A stretch of DNA of 63,724 bases, the filler included, from Lenisia limosa (taxonomy: Eukaryota; Protista; Breviatea), in the NCBI GenBank assembly GCA_001655205.1. It is 16 parts of 16 records of this genome, joined end to end, with 100 filler letters (N's around TTAATTAATTAA, not from the genome) between each part and the next. Parts side by side here need not be neighbours in the genome. Positions count along the whole stretch, not along the records: positions 43,890 to 57,385 come from LPNZ01008610.1; positions 57,486 to 58,875 come from LPNZ01000705.1; positions 58,976 to 60,007 come from LPNZ01000645.1; 13 more parts are not named here. One strand, written 5' to 3'. This document shows, piece after piece, positions 46,231 through 59,254 of the stretch (positions within the stretch are counted from its first letter, which is position 1; each line of letters begins with the position of its first letter). Below the pieces are notes generated by a model. The model worked only from the letters and a program-made list of their open reading frames with translations. It searched no databases and was not told where the DNA came from. The position numbers and the translations under genes are program-made.

Positions 46231-48320
46231 CTAAACTTCGGGCTCGGTATCGCTGCAGTCGAAGATGGCTGAAACGCAGTTCATTTCCAAGCAAATTGAG
46301 CACCAGTTCCTCACACAGTACCCCGCAAAGAACACCTGAAATGTCAGCTCAACAAGATACCCACATATCCCGTGAAGATGATGAGGAACGAGAGAATGGG
46401 CACCGTAAAAATCACAATTGTCCGATTGACCATTCCAAGGTGCAGATGCGGTAACATGAGAATGCCAGCCAAAATGCCTCCAATCAGGCCTCCTGGGAGT
46501 GAGTATTACTTTTTTCGACTTACCCAAATGGGCAAAATTGTCGACAAATGGCAATAATCCAAAGATAATGCTCACAAATATACTGAAAAACATTCCAATT
46601 GCTCCTTTGACTAAAGCATTGAGACAAGAAACTAAAAAATCTTGATACCATTAAATGGTATTGTAAGGGAATTTTGTCCATGAAAATAATTATATCTCCA
46701 TCCTATACAAACCTGGCTCTTCAATCAGAGCCCAATTTTGCATCAGATCAACGACCAAAACGCCAAGAAGCCCAAACAGACACGACGACGCTCCCACCGA
46801 CAACTGAAATCATTAAGGGGCTGCTCATCACAATGAAACCGTCTTGTTAAAACACTATTACCCAGTTCCCAACCAAGCTTACAATATGCGGTAAGAAAAT
46901 GGCACTCAGAATGTTCCCTAAGTATGCTGACACCACATAAATCGGAAACATTCGGGCGGCACCATAGTTGTTTTCGAGAATCTTGCCAACTGCCACCTCA
47001 CAAGTCAGAACACTCAATCACCAACTTGGAACAATAGATTGAATAACAAGTGGATCACTCCAGCATGAAGAATGACAGGGCTGAACAGCCGCCAATACTC
47101 GCCACTCAAGATGAGGTCCGAATCATTAGCCCCTATCTTGTCAAACAACTACCAGAGCTCACCCAACGACCGTAACGTCTCAGCTGACGGCCCAATCATA
47201 ATGTTCTTGGTAATGGGCTCGAAACCACCATTGACGATTACTGCTTGCGTTAGTACATTTGACTATTGGTGCTGATGATTTGTTTTGAATAACAAATCAA
47301 AACACCCTTATTGTTCTTTTTTAAGGCAACAGCTTACCTGAAATACAAAACATAGTTACATAACAAGTTGATAAGAAGATAGTCAGCCAGGGTGTCTAAA
47401 GAGTTGGTTTTGGTGATTACAAATGTACTCGACAAAAATCCATTTTTGAAAACTGATGAGTTTATCATCTTCAACTCTTGTCACCTGAGGATTGGCACTG
47501 CGGTTTTCAAAGAATTCAAGTGCAAGATTAATTTTCATTTTCTTTTTTCTTTTGCGTATTTCTTCGGTTGTCAAATCTGATGCAGAATGAGACAGTGTTA
47601 AATGCTTCAAACTTTCTGGAAGCGCCGATATATGGCGTTGGGAAGGTTCATGAGGGAAAGCTGCTAAATTGTCATGAGTATTGAAACGATCATAAACTCA
47701 CCAGCAACCGCTGATGTCACAAGTTGGCTCTTGGTGACCCCTCCAATCTGAATCATGTCAGTTTCGTGACGTTACATTGGAATTTACAAACAGTGGGCGT
47801 TACTGCCGGAGAGTTCAAGTGGTGAGGAGACATCATATGGGCCCTCTTTCCCTCCTCTGCAGCTGAGGGGCTGAACAGTGGGGGGGCTGAAGGAATGGGT
47901 TCCTCTAATGCTGTCATTTGTATTGTGAGTTGATATCCAATCTCTTTAATCCAGACCTGGTTGTTTCTTCATTTTGAAACTGGAGCGTCTTGACGGACTG
48001 CCATAAGGGTCCTCAATGGGCCTTTTATTCAGCCATGCCTAAGATTGATAAAAAAACATCATAAATGTATGTTTTGAGTATCCCCTTCAAATATGAAATA
48101 ATATGATTCCTTTTTTGTCCATGAAAGTCACAATAATCCCACTGAAATGTTAGACAGAGAGTCGCTACTTTGCATTGAAGAGTCTAGTCGTTGACGGGCC
48201 TTAACATTAGTTTAGTTAATAGTCATTGTAGTGCCTACTTTGGGGTTGCATGGAGCTGGTCGCGGGGGTGTGGAGTGACGGCCTTGTCCTGGACTCATGG
48301 CAATGCTCAGTAATTAACAA
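46231..48320 (-). CDS. Rhomboid family intramembrane serine protease
   Basis: TPWLTIFLS..VIVNGGFEPITKNIMIGPSAETLRSL|GA..GEYWRLFSPVILHAGVIHLLFN..SVGASSCLFGLLG..VDNFAHLG|GLIGG..WCSICLEMNC. WR motif, catalytic Ser and His present. Start codon uncertain. Confidence 0.9.
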
Positions 48321-48691
48321 AGTGCCAGAGGCAGAACGGCTGAATGAAAGGGGGGAGAGGGGAAGGCAGTGGAAATGGATTTCTGTTACTTTGACAACAG
48401 ATCCCTATTTTATGCGAAAGAGGTCAGAAGAAGAGGAGAGAACGAGTGTTAGGGAAAATTGCGTGTGATAGAAATTTGAAAAGTGTAATTTCGGATTTAT
48501 TTCCTCTTTTGGGTTTGATGACTTTTCTTGATTGACTCAATGAACTTATTCCTTGATATGAATGTTCATTTGAAGCTTCACTTTGAAAACCCTCATAATT
48601 AGCCGTTTTTATTACCACCATGTGCACCCGACTTCAAAACTGAACATTCACTTCACAAACAAAATTGAAATACAATGCAACATTATATTCA

Positions 48692-49540
48692 CTAAACAAA
48701 ACGGCTAGTCGTGGATGATGTCACACATCGGAGAGGACTTTTCCGTAATCGTCCAACTCCATTAGCTAGGTCATCATAAAGTCTGAGAAATGCTTTCAAT
48801 ACTGTGGTTAATAGATAGCATGAAAGGAACAATTGTACCCCCAGCCAAAGCCGTTGAAAGTTATCTTCCTGGTAAACCCCTGGGCTTACATCCATTAGGG
48901 TACCACGAATAAACACCAACGAAATGACGAGTAAGGACAAAACGAAGCAAGGAGCAATTCCGTGTCAAGCGACGCCTGGTAAAGTGTCGCGAATGTTTGA
49001 ATACAGTTTTTACAGTATAAAAATATGTATAATATGATTTTTTTAATATGAGTCACTATTCTATTCCCCTCCCAACATGGAGTGGGAGTAACCTCACAAT
49101 AGCCACGAACCTGTTTGAGTGATTACAAAGTCGCCTGACTTGATCAACGGGTCAGCAATAGGAGCTGTGGACATGTCCCGTTTGGTGTAATATTAAGTAA
49201 AGACAACTATTATTGCTACTTCAAAGCTCAGCAGCGATGGAACAATATAAGACGGCGGTAGATATCACGTGATATCCCGGAGTAGGTAGGGGATATGTCG
49301 ACTCGCCACCCTTGTGTCATTTCCAGAGAACTGACGACATCCTTTGCTCCATCTGGGGCTGGATGGTGGAGGATGATATGCTGGGAGGAAATAAATCCTA
49401 GAGCAGAAGAGAATATTATCTTTCAAATAGATCCAGTTGTGATAAGAAAAGGCGTAGTGCCCAGCCTTGACAGTGTCCTCGAATGTCTGCACGTGAGCGG
49501 ATGGCTGGTTGACTAAACGTGAAACATGAATATAGAGTGA
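48692..49540 (-). CDS. Hypothetical membrane protein
   Basis: Hydrophobic exons (LSLLVISLVFIRGTLMD; FQRLWLGVQLFLSCYLLTTVLKAFLRLY). Joining unresolved. Confidence 0.3.
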
Positions 49541-49890
49541 CAAGTTTCCTAAAATGGACTGCCGCTGGAAATCAGAAGAGATCCAAAGATCTTTCTACAG
49601 TATGGTGATAAGGACTTCATTGACTCACAGTTAAACTGTTTGTGCAATTACAATGAATTTTGGCATGCAAGAAAGATAAAGAAGGGACATGATGGATCTT
49701 AGTCAGACTTGAGCAGTGGTGTCCCCAGTTTTGATTATATCCGACTCTTTTCATTTCCCTCATCTTGTCCAGATCTTGTCTCTCTCAAATTCCCACTCAA
49801 TCCTCACCTATTATATTTAAAAAAGAAGGAAGAAAGGAAGCAAAAGCGCGAGCACACGCATCCTGCACGCTTCTCAACTCGACAGCCACC

Positions 49891-51658
49891 ATGGGATTCC
49901 GAGGAGGACGTGGAAGAGGCCGCGGAGGGCCGAGCTTCGGGTCTGACTCCACGGTTGCAATGAAGAAACCCGGCAAAACCGCCTACCCCGTAAGTCCTTC
50001 ACCATGTTAATCTTGCTGAATGTGTTGATGAATAATGACAAGGTTGTATCTGATCAAGCTGCCCATACCATCTTGTTTATAAAGGATATTGACAACAGCA
50101 CAATTAACCCACAAGCATGCACACAGCCCTCTAACAACGCAGGAGTGGGACCCTCCCGACCCCGTGCTGCCCACCCCTGCCGAAAGGAAAGATGCGGAGT
50201 TCTACCATCAGAATCTTGAGGCGCTAAAGAACACCCCCCTCTGGGTGCCATGGCCGGCCAAACCGGAGAAAACTGGTGTGCTGATACCACTGCTAATTCT
50301 GACCTTCTTTTGACCCTTCATCAACAGCTTGCTTCTTTCCAGTCTAACTCTTAGGTGTGCAACACTTCGACCCAAACACAAACAAGCCTCTCCCCGAAGG
50401 CTGGATTTCAGACAAGTGGGGATCAGACCCCCTAACAAGGTAGGATTGGGAGAGTTTCCAACCAGAAGTATAGAATGGGGCCTTATTGAAGCACAGATGA
50501 GAAGTATTGAAATCAGCAGCCTCAGCCTCATCTTTGCAGGGTTCTGAATTTCATTGGACCGGAAGCGCGGGCTGAGCTTCCGCCGGAAATCTTGGAGTAT
50601 CACAGTGCGTGGAATATGACCTTAAATTGGGTTGAGCTTGGTGTTTTGTTTGACAGTTTTAGAGGACCCAGGTGAGAGGGCTATTATGCAGGTAAAGGGT
50701 CAGAAATGCCAAGTAGTATTGTCGCATATTATATACCTTGATATTATGTGTATAAGCACCCAAGGAGCGGATAAAAAGTCAGTTTAACAGGCAGAGTTGG
50801 GCTCTCACATTCAGCGGGATACCAGAACAAAATAAAGGCCAACAAGAGGAGGACTCTGAAGAGGAAAACTTCAGCACCCTCCAAATCAGGCATCCACACC
50901 AATGTGGATGAGGCCAAGGACTGGGTGGGTCCAGCTTTCTCATATTTAAAGTCTTATTTGCCACTAATTAGCTGTTCATGGTAAACGCGATACTTCGGGT
51001 TAAGATTGGCTGATGCATGAGTAATATTGCCAGGCGACTGATTCTGATATGTTGGCTTCACACCTCAGGATAAATCATCGGACGAAGAAGATGAAGTGGA
51101 AGAGGACCTTGTTGTGCCTGATGAAGATGAAGACGGATTTGGTGAGATATGAAATGTTATTTGGAAACAATGCCCAATTGTATACTACATGGTATGATAC
51201 AGAAGTGTTTTTGAAATAATTCAAAATGACAAGAGGAATCAATAACTAAAAATAACCTATCTTGTAGCATATGGACTTTTTTTTCCACATGGCCAGATTT
51301 TATGCGGCTTTCTTTGAGCTATTTGAAAAACATAAGCAATGAGAAAGGTTGTATCTGGCNNNNNNNNNNNNNNNNNNNNNNNNNNNNNNNNNNNNNNNNN
51401 NNNNNNNNNNNNNNNNNNNNNNNNNNNNNNNNNNNNNNNNNNNNNNNNNNNNNNNNNNNNNNNNNNNNNNNNNNNNNNNNNGGGGGGGGATACAACTGGC
51501 TGTCCCTCTGTACTGCATATGATATGCAGTATAGAGGTTCTTTTACATTCTTGTTCCCCCAAAGGAGTAGGATCGTGTATTGGCCTGTTCATAAGCATGT
51601 TACACGTTTGTATTATGGTGGGTTTTTAAAAACTTATATTTCAGATCCCACAATGTAG
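49891..51658 (+). CDS. Possible RNA polymerase III subunit RPC31/POLR3G-like protein
   Basis: MGFRGGRGRGRGGPSF..KTAYP|EWDPPDPVLPTPAERKDAEFYHQNLEALKNTPLW..ELPPEI.., with acidic DKSSDEEDEVEEDL..DEDEDG tail. The RG-rich N-terminus, Pro-rich middle and acidic tail match Rpc31 architecture; not a motif-level proof. Confidence 0.42.
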
Positions 51659-52318
51659 CGCTGTGAGTTTACTGGTATTGTTAGGTTCTTCTGATTTCAT
51701 TATTTTCTTTTTTTTTAATACACTGTTTATTAACCCTGAAAGAACCTCAAATGATACTTCTTGGTAAGGAGGAATTATTGATGTTCTCCTCCTGAATGAT
51801 TAGAGAAGGGGTATTCCCCAACAGAAGATGGTGGTACAGCAGGTATCTTGATTTCTTATTTTGTTCCTGTTGCTGTAACATAGTTGCTAGTGGCAGGCTA
51901 GTGGTGCCACTTTACCACTTTTGTACTTCCATACCACTGCACAATTGCTACACAGCAGCAGATGATTGCAAATTTGCTAAGAATTGGACAAGAACTTGAC
52001 ATTGAGAATTTCAACACATCCATCTAACGAACAATAGAATATGATGTGCTCACGATGTGATGGTGGAATCCATTCCCCATAGGTGGTTCCTTCGTGGCGG
52101 TTGGCTCGGAAAATATTTTGGGAATGGTTTCCATTTATGGTAAGTTATTTTTGAATGATGAAAATCCCACCAATTCAATCGTGTATTAAAACCCTTCCAA
52201 TTGTTGTTCATTTATAAAATTGGAGTTAGTGCCCTTAGTTAGTGACTTTATCTTCTTTGTCTTGTGTCCCTCCCCCCTCCATCCCATCACCACTTGGCTA
52301 TCACCCCACTCGGCACCA

Positions 52319-53851
52319 ATGGGTCTCTTTGACCAGCCCGAAGACAAAATGGGTATGTGCTTGGGAACAATTAGAATACTCACTCGACATTACTATTCAA
52401 GCGCTTCATTCACTCCAGGTCTCTGGACGCCTGATGCCACAGTGGACTTTTGTGAGCCAAACTTCAGTTTCTCTGAGGTGGTAGCAGAAATGTTCAATAG
52501 CAGTGGGGATGGTGTAATGGTGTAATTCTGTTCACTATTTTCATCATTTTGTTAAAAGTTCAGTTTCATCCTTTTTCTATGTGTACATGTTTGCTGTGGG
52601 CTTCTTTTCAAGTCTTCAATACATCGAATGGAGAACGTCATTTCTGTACATGGTATGGCTGATGGAAATGAGCAAGGCTGTGTCTGATGCCTTTGAACAT
52701 TTTCTAATGGGAATTGTTTTTTCAAAAGACAGCTCATCAAACTGATATAACCTCATGATTTCGCAATTATTTACAATATAAGTTGTTACAATTGCCATTT
52801 GTTATGTGTTTACCAAGTATCAAGGCAGCAACGCTTCTCGGCTTTGGTAGCGTCATTTTTCACGGCACCCTCCTATACCGTTACCAGCTTCTCGATGAGG
52901 TGCCAATGGTACGTAAACTGTCACTGAAATTCTGTCTAGCAGATAACGCACTTAAATTGTAGTTGTTTGCTACGAGTGCTGCCATTTACATCCTTGCTGA
53001 AGACCAGAAAGAGAACAGGGTAAGTCGTTGGGTATCCAATTACACCACCATGACTTTGTCCTTTTGGGTTGTAAGAGGAAACACAAATGTCACTTACGAA
53101 CAGTACCATTGGCTCCTCCCTGTTATTCTCTTTGTAAACGGTGTTATTATTGCGAGTTATGTTCTCTTTCCAATTGCCCTGCTGTTCCAAGTCTGTTACA
53201 TGACAATGGTAAGGCCGGAACAGACACGATAATTACTATATTAACATGATATTATTTTGTCATTTATGATCGCCAAGACGGTTTCGTTGGCGTTTCTCAT
53301 GCTTCGAAAAGCCCGAGATCCAAAATGCCCCAAACCTTCTGCCAAAATATTCCTAGTAAGCCTCTTTTGACTGCCATACCATTACCTCCACAGATTGCCT
53401 TGGTACTCTTTTTCTTTGCTGGAATGTCATGGATTGTTGACATGCACTTCTGCTGCAAATTGGTGGACTATCTCAAATTGCATTCTCTTTGGTATGGTGT
53501 GTGCCACGACTTTCGCGTCATTTTTAGTGGTAAACGTCAATATATTGAATTGTGTTTTTAACCAAACTGAACTCCATAGGCATTTACTGACTGCGATTTC
53601 AAGCTACCTTGCAACCCAGGCAATTATCAACGTCAGGTACGGTTGAACGTGACGCTGGTTGGCCTCACTCAAATACGCCCGCATGCAGTTGTTTATTTTG
53701 TTGAGAGTTCTACCATCCATCATAATGTTATCTGAGATTTTTGACCCCCCACAGATTCTATTCTAAGGGCTACATCACCAATATCTTTTGGATCATGGCC
53801 ATCCCCGTCATTCTCCCTGTCGCTAAGCTCACCAAAGTGGGCATCGAATAA
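52319..53851 (+). CDS. Alkaline ceramidase (CREST superfamily, ACER3-like), apparently complete
   Basis: GLWTPDATVDFCEPNF..VAEMFNS, GFGSVIFHGTLLYRYQLLDEVPM, SWIVDMHFC..LHSLW|HLLTAISSY..IPVILP..GIE*: DFCExN, SxxFH, LLDE and HxxWH zinc motifs. Confidence 0.93.
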
Positions 53852-54449
53852 CAGCAGCTTTCACTGCATGAGTTATTATAAATATCTGTAAACAACCGAT
53901 GCATTCGATGTCCTGTGAAATTCCAGGTATACAAGCCGCAGAATGCATTACCACCCATGAGTGCCAAGCCGCTGACTCGAATTGAGGTAAGACGTGGACC
54001 GCGAAATGCTATCTTGAATTGTGATAGGATATTCGGACTGATGACGAAGTGTTTGTTTGTTTTGTTGCTCAACTTTCGTGCCAACAGAGCTGATTTTGGG
54101 CTTTTATTTTTATGTTTCATAAATTTTTCAATTTTACCCCCCCCCCCCCNNNNNNNNNNNNNNNNNNNNNNNNNNNNNNNNNNNNNNNNNNNNNNNNNNN
54201 NNNNNNNNNNNNNNNNNNNNNNNNNNNNNNTCACCAGACCCCCGAACTGACTCGACGGCCGTGTACCTTAGCCCAAAGATCTGCGTCGTGCGCGCCCTAG
54301 TTTGTACCCTCTTGTTTCCTGTGTTTCCCCAATGAATAAGTAGTATCTTTGTAATCCCACATTTGGCAATTAGATAATAAATAGAAAGATGAGCTCAAGT
54401 TCTAACTTGGCTCACACGGAATACACTATAAAAATACTAGACAAAAACA

Positions 54450-57280
54450 TTACTATCGCTCTCGAACGTTCCATGACGTCTGAACAGTCAAAACAAAGGC
54501 TGAAATCAACAATCATGTTTTTGTTTCACGAGGTGTAATTGGAAATAAATAATGATACCCCCTCCCCAAAAAAGCCAGCCTCACCTGAACCTCGTCCAGT
54601 TGAAGTCTGCTCCAATGAGCATGTTCTCGCGGACCTTCTGCTGCTTCACCTCCTGGTGGGGGGGAGGGTGAAACGAAGGAAACATCGATATACAAAACAA
54701 AATCAAAACAAGGAAGGATGTGAATGTGTAAATTGTGTCAGTAAGGCCAGAGGACATCCACACAATTAATAAGTGAGAAAATTCCGTAGGAAAGAGGACA
54801 TAGGAGCAAACCTTGCCCTTCTGTTTGTTCCAAATGGCCACAGCAAGGACCACAATGAAGGCCAGGAACCACGAGCCCAAAAGGGCAAACACGAAGACGG
54901 CGATGACAACGCCACCACTGGAAGGTCACCACAATGATGTTGCTCCATTGCGAAGTCTTTACTGCTTCTCATATGATACTGTGTTGGTTTTTCGATCATA
55001 TCTCATCATTCTGTAGCGCCCACCGAGAATTTCCTCCAATGTAGAGGTACATTTGTCCGAACATGAGGATCAGCAGGTTGACAGACACAGCTGCGGCTTC
55101 CTTATATGGTCACTTGCAACGAGAAAATAATTCCTCAAATGGCAGTTCAGCTCACCAATCTGTTGAGATCTCTTGATCGGAAGGGAACGGCATAGAGTTG
55201 AGAATAGAGAGAAACAAGGAGAATGACACAAGCAATAGTGGCCTAAAACGGTAAGGATTGTTGAGAGGTTGCTGAGTGAGCAAGGATCATGTGAATTCAT
55301 ATGGAAATACAGCTACGATATCAGAGGGAATCTATCCATCTGATTAAGATCAGAGACAGACAACAAAGGGAGGCTGATAAAAAGATATCACACCAAGATA
55401 CCTGGATTTCTGCGTATTTTGTGAGGAACAGGAACGCACAGATGATGAGGAGCTTGCGGATCAGAATGCTTGTTTCCCACATACGTCGAGTGCCGCGATA
55501 GCGATCGTAGAGGAACCTGGGAGTGAGGTGCGTATTGATGAATGTCCAAAATCAAACAGTGGGAGCCCATTTGAAAAAAGCTGAACGGATTCAGTTTCTT
55601 ATACAGTTAAAATAATTTATGTGCCTTCATCTGCTAAGGAAATATGTTAGTGAGTAAAAAAACATAGCGCAAGTCCGAAGCATCACTATTGATGATAGTG
55701 CCCTAGAGCCCCCGTACCCAAGAGCCGCGAAGACATGGGGGTGTTTAAGGTGGTTACGGACTCTGAAGATGATGAAGTACGAGCCCACTGGAATGCCGAT
55801 AATCTAAGGGATCAGCTAGATCTATCCGGTAATCTAAGATCAGCTGGGTCATTGACAAATATGTGTGTACAACATAAACATTACACAAATAGAACAAGCG
55901 AAAATATGGATAATTTCAGAGCTATGCCCCCCCCCCCACAAAGAGCGCAGTTGCCGCCAAGGCNNNNNNNNNNNNNNNNNNNNNNNNNNNNNNNNNNNNN
56001 NNNNNNNNNNNNNNNNGGTAGAGGTCATCATAGCACATGACGTCGCGACTGTTGTCCACAACCCAGTCGTCGTTGGCAAGCTGCAGGGTCAGGCTCTTTT
56101 TTTGATCATATCAGAGAAATGATCAAATGTTGGTAGTCATGATTTATGACATACTATTTCAGAATAAGCAAATATGACAAGATTAGAAGTGATAAAAGTG
56201 ATAACAGTGGAGCAAAAGGTTTATGTGATACCTTGGTGCAGTCGAAGTACTCGAGAATGGCCTTGGCAATTGGCAGATAGAAGAGCAGGAATGTGGACTA
56301 CAGCGTAAGCCAATGGAGACCCGACCCCGCGATTGAACAGACAAATGACCCCCACTCCCCACGGCCACAGCTCGAAACGATGCTAGTCTCCAGTATTTCA
56401 TATCCTCATCAGACTGGGGGGTACCAAGGCGGTACTTGAGGACCTCCTTCCAATGCGCATCATCCCCAGGATGTTTCGCTATGTCAATACCGCGACGTTT
56501 CATCTGGGTGGTTAGTGGGTGGCTTCCATACCGAAACAACCAAAAATTTCTCGATAAGTCCTCGATAAATCTCTTGAAACCCCCAATCAACACAAAACGA
56601 AATTAGTGATAAAAAGGTTAGATTGACTGTGTATTTTGGGAATCCTCGAAGATGACACAGCCTCCAAAGGCCTACGATATAGGAGTGCAGCATGATGAAG
56701 CTGTAGAACAGGCCAATGAAGACGCAGATGGAGAGCGGCAGAGCCAGCTTGAGGAGAAAGCGCATGTAGAATCCAATGGTGAGGGACGTGGCACACTCCG
56801 GTGCGGCCAGCCCAATGTTGGCGTTGACGATGGACATGACTACACGGGTCACGTGCGCATGGTAGATAACGCCTCATCATCTTGGAATAGAGGTATGACT
56901 CATCTGCCCCCTACAGTTGAAAGTGTCTCTTAAAGCTCTGTTCCAATTGAGACGGAAATCCGGGTAGAGGGCCATAACCTGGGAGGTTAAGGACAACAAC
57001 AAAGAATCGAAAAGGCCATTTCGTTTGATTTCGATGAACAGACCAATATTTAGATATCCAGCAAACCTGGATAAAGTTGAAGAGCACACGAATGGCACCA
57101 AAAGTGTCACCAGTAACGGGACGATAGCCCTGGGCAAACACCGCCGCCAAGATCACTGCAAAGTCAGGATATGACAAATCAGCTTTCAACAACAGGATGC
57201 AACCCCCATACAAAGGCCGAAGAAGACTGCAATGTAGAGAAGGAACATCGCAAATTGGGTACACTTCTTGCCTAATATGG
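54450..57280 (-). CDS. Multi-pass membrane protein (Cys-preceded TM bundle), 5' truncated
   Basis: CTQFAMFLLY..GAIRVLFNFIQ|VMALYPDFRLNW..VMSIVNANIGLAAPEC..LLKLALP..STFLLFYLPIAKAILEYFDC|..VMC..IIGIPVGSYF..G|FLYDRYRGTRRMWETSILIRKLLII..AVPF..NLL..RHGTFESDSNVFV*. Confidence 0.7.
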
Positions 57281-57671
57281 TAAGTGTTTGAAGTGAAAAC
57301 AGAACTTCCCAAGATGGTTCTTCACTTCGCAATACAAAGCAAAAAGAACAATTCGCAATACAAAGCAAAAAGAACAATTCGCAATNNNNNNNNNNNNNNN
57401 NNNNNNNNNNNNNNNNNNNNNNNNNNNNNTTAATTAATTAANNNNNNNNNNNNNNNNNNNNNNNNNNNNNNNNNNNNNNNNNNNNCCACACCATCACGCT
57501 TAAAGATGTATTGAATTATAGTACCTGGCAGAAGCGGTCCACACAATTATGTCTGTGTGAGATACACTACATGACTATAGTATTGTGTTAATTCAAGCAA
57601 TCATTTGCTTAATAGCCAACAGCAAAACGGGCAAAAGTAAAGAAGACTGCCGACTAACCTATCATACATAT

Positions 57672-57765
57672 GGCTTCACTTCGCTTCGCAAAAAGACTGA
57701 AATTCTCGATAACTCCCCGAAAATTATCGATATTTTACCAGTGTTTTTCGAACCGAAGTGAAGCC
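57672..57765. mobile_element. MITE family 1 copy
   Basis: GGCTTCACTTCGCTTCGCAAAAAGAC ... TTTTTCGAACCGAAGTGAAGCC. Confidence 0.8.
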
Positions 57766-58097
57766 TTAGTCATACTTCACAGAGAGGAAGGGAGCATTTT
57801 CAAAGAGAGAAGGAAAAATGTACAAAAAACGGACAAACCTATCATATTCTGAAGGCACACACACACACTCACACAAACAAACAAAAGGCAGTGGGACATA
57901 TAGCAACAAAAAGGCCAACCTGTCATATTCTGAAGAGACAATTAGAGTATCACAGATCAAAGCCAGAAGGTAGGAACTGATACATCGATCGCTGTTTTGG
58001 TGAGTTACAATAAGGGCACTCTAATTAGAAAAAGATCGGTAAACTATCAAAATATATCGAATGTATCGAGAAATTCCGTCATTTCTGGTACGGATAC

Positions 58098-58187
58098 GGC
58101 TTCACTCCTGTTCGAAGAACGGTAAAATATCGATAATTTTCAAGGATTTATCGAGAAATTCCGTCTTTTTCGAACCAAAGTGAAGCC
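58098..58187. mobile_element. MITE family 1 copy, preceded by a partial copy (about 58040-58078)
   Basis: GGCTTCACTCCTGTTCGAAGAACGGTAAAATATCGAT ... TTTTTCGAACCAAAGTGAAGCC. Confidence 0.75.
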
Positions 58188-58348
58188 CCAGGGAGGAATG
58201 AGCCTAGTTGCAATAAAACGGTCACTGTTTTTGTAAGTTGTTACCACGAACTTCATGCACCCCTACCTATATGAGCATTCCTGCAGCTCAGCTGAAGGAA
58301 GGTCCGAGCATAGTCGAGAAATAATAGCTGGTCGACTTCTATGACCGT

Positions 58349-58429
58349 TAGAGTGACCAGGTTACATCTTGACAGATTTTCCTTGGGAAATCATAGTGTA
58401 AATTGGTCAAGACTTATCCAGTCACTGTA
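58349..58429. mobile_element. MITE family 2 copy
   Basis: TAGAGTGACCAGG..TCTTGAC..CCTTGGGAAATCAT..TTGGTCAAGACTTATCCAGTCACTG-TA. Confidence 0.7.
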
Positions 58430-59146
58430 TATATCGAGAAAAAATATACTAGATATACAATGTGTGTATATTAATATCACATGCTACATCTAAAGATGAG
58501 AAATAAAACAACTACTGTTGTATCCCCAGAATGTTCCTCAATCAATTTTTATTTTTTAAAGTCCAGATTCCCACGCAACCTTGAGCGAACCGCTGCGAGG
58601 CTTGAGGTCAACGCTCGCCAGTTGACTTCTAATATCGTAATTACTTGGTTGAATAGTCTAATATCGTAATGATTTGGTTGAAAGTGTCTGCAAAGATTTA
58701 GTTGACGTAGTCCAACATCGTAAATATTTGGTTTAAAAAATCTTAATTGTTTAATATTTGTGTAAAAATTTTAATTTAATAAGTTTTGTGTCTAAATATA
58801 TATTTAGTTGAATAAATGAAAATAGTTGAAAAAATCGAAAATATTAAGTTGAAACAGGCAACACATATCGTGCGTNNNNNNNNNNNNNNNNNNNNNNNNN
58901 NNNNNNNNNNNNNNNNNNNTTAATTAATTAANNNNNNNNNNNNNNNNNNNNNNNNNNNNNNNNNNNNNNNNNNNNAGGCCAGTCACTTCTGAAGCACCAC
59001 ATCCCAAAGAAACCCAAGAGTAAAACTGTTGGCTAGAAACACACGAGGGCCTAAATAAGCATATTTTTGGATGAGACTATACCCCACCCCCAGACAGCAT
59101 TCTCTCATAAAACACAGTGCAACAACCCGCAGATACCCTGACCGTA

Positions 59147-59202
59147 ATAAGTCCTGACACGGATATTGAGTTTTATCTTAAGTCAATCGTGTCAGGACTT
59201 AT
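59147..59202. mobile_element. Short hairpin element related to MITE family 2
   Basis: ATAAGTCCTGACACG ... CGTGTCAGGACTTAT: perfect 15-bp arms; paralog of 29026. Confidence 0.68.
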
Positions 59203-59254
59203 CACACTGAGAAGACCCCCACGAAATATTAAATCCTCTCCCTCCCACCTCCTC

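Noticed and set aside
57500-57540. FCP1/SCP (NIF) phosphatase from the exon DIIVWTAS
   Set aside because: Single short motif; the DxDxT catalytic exon was not found in this scaffold.
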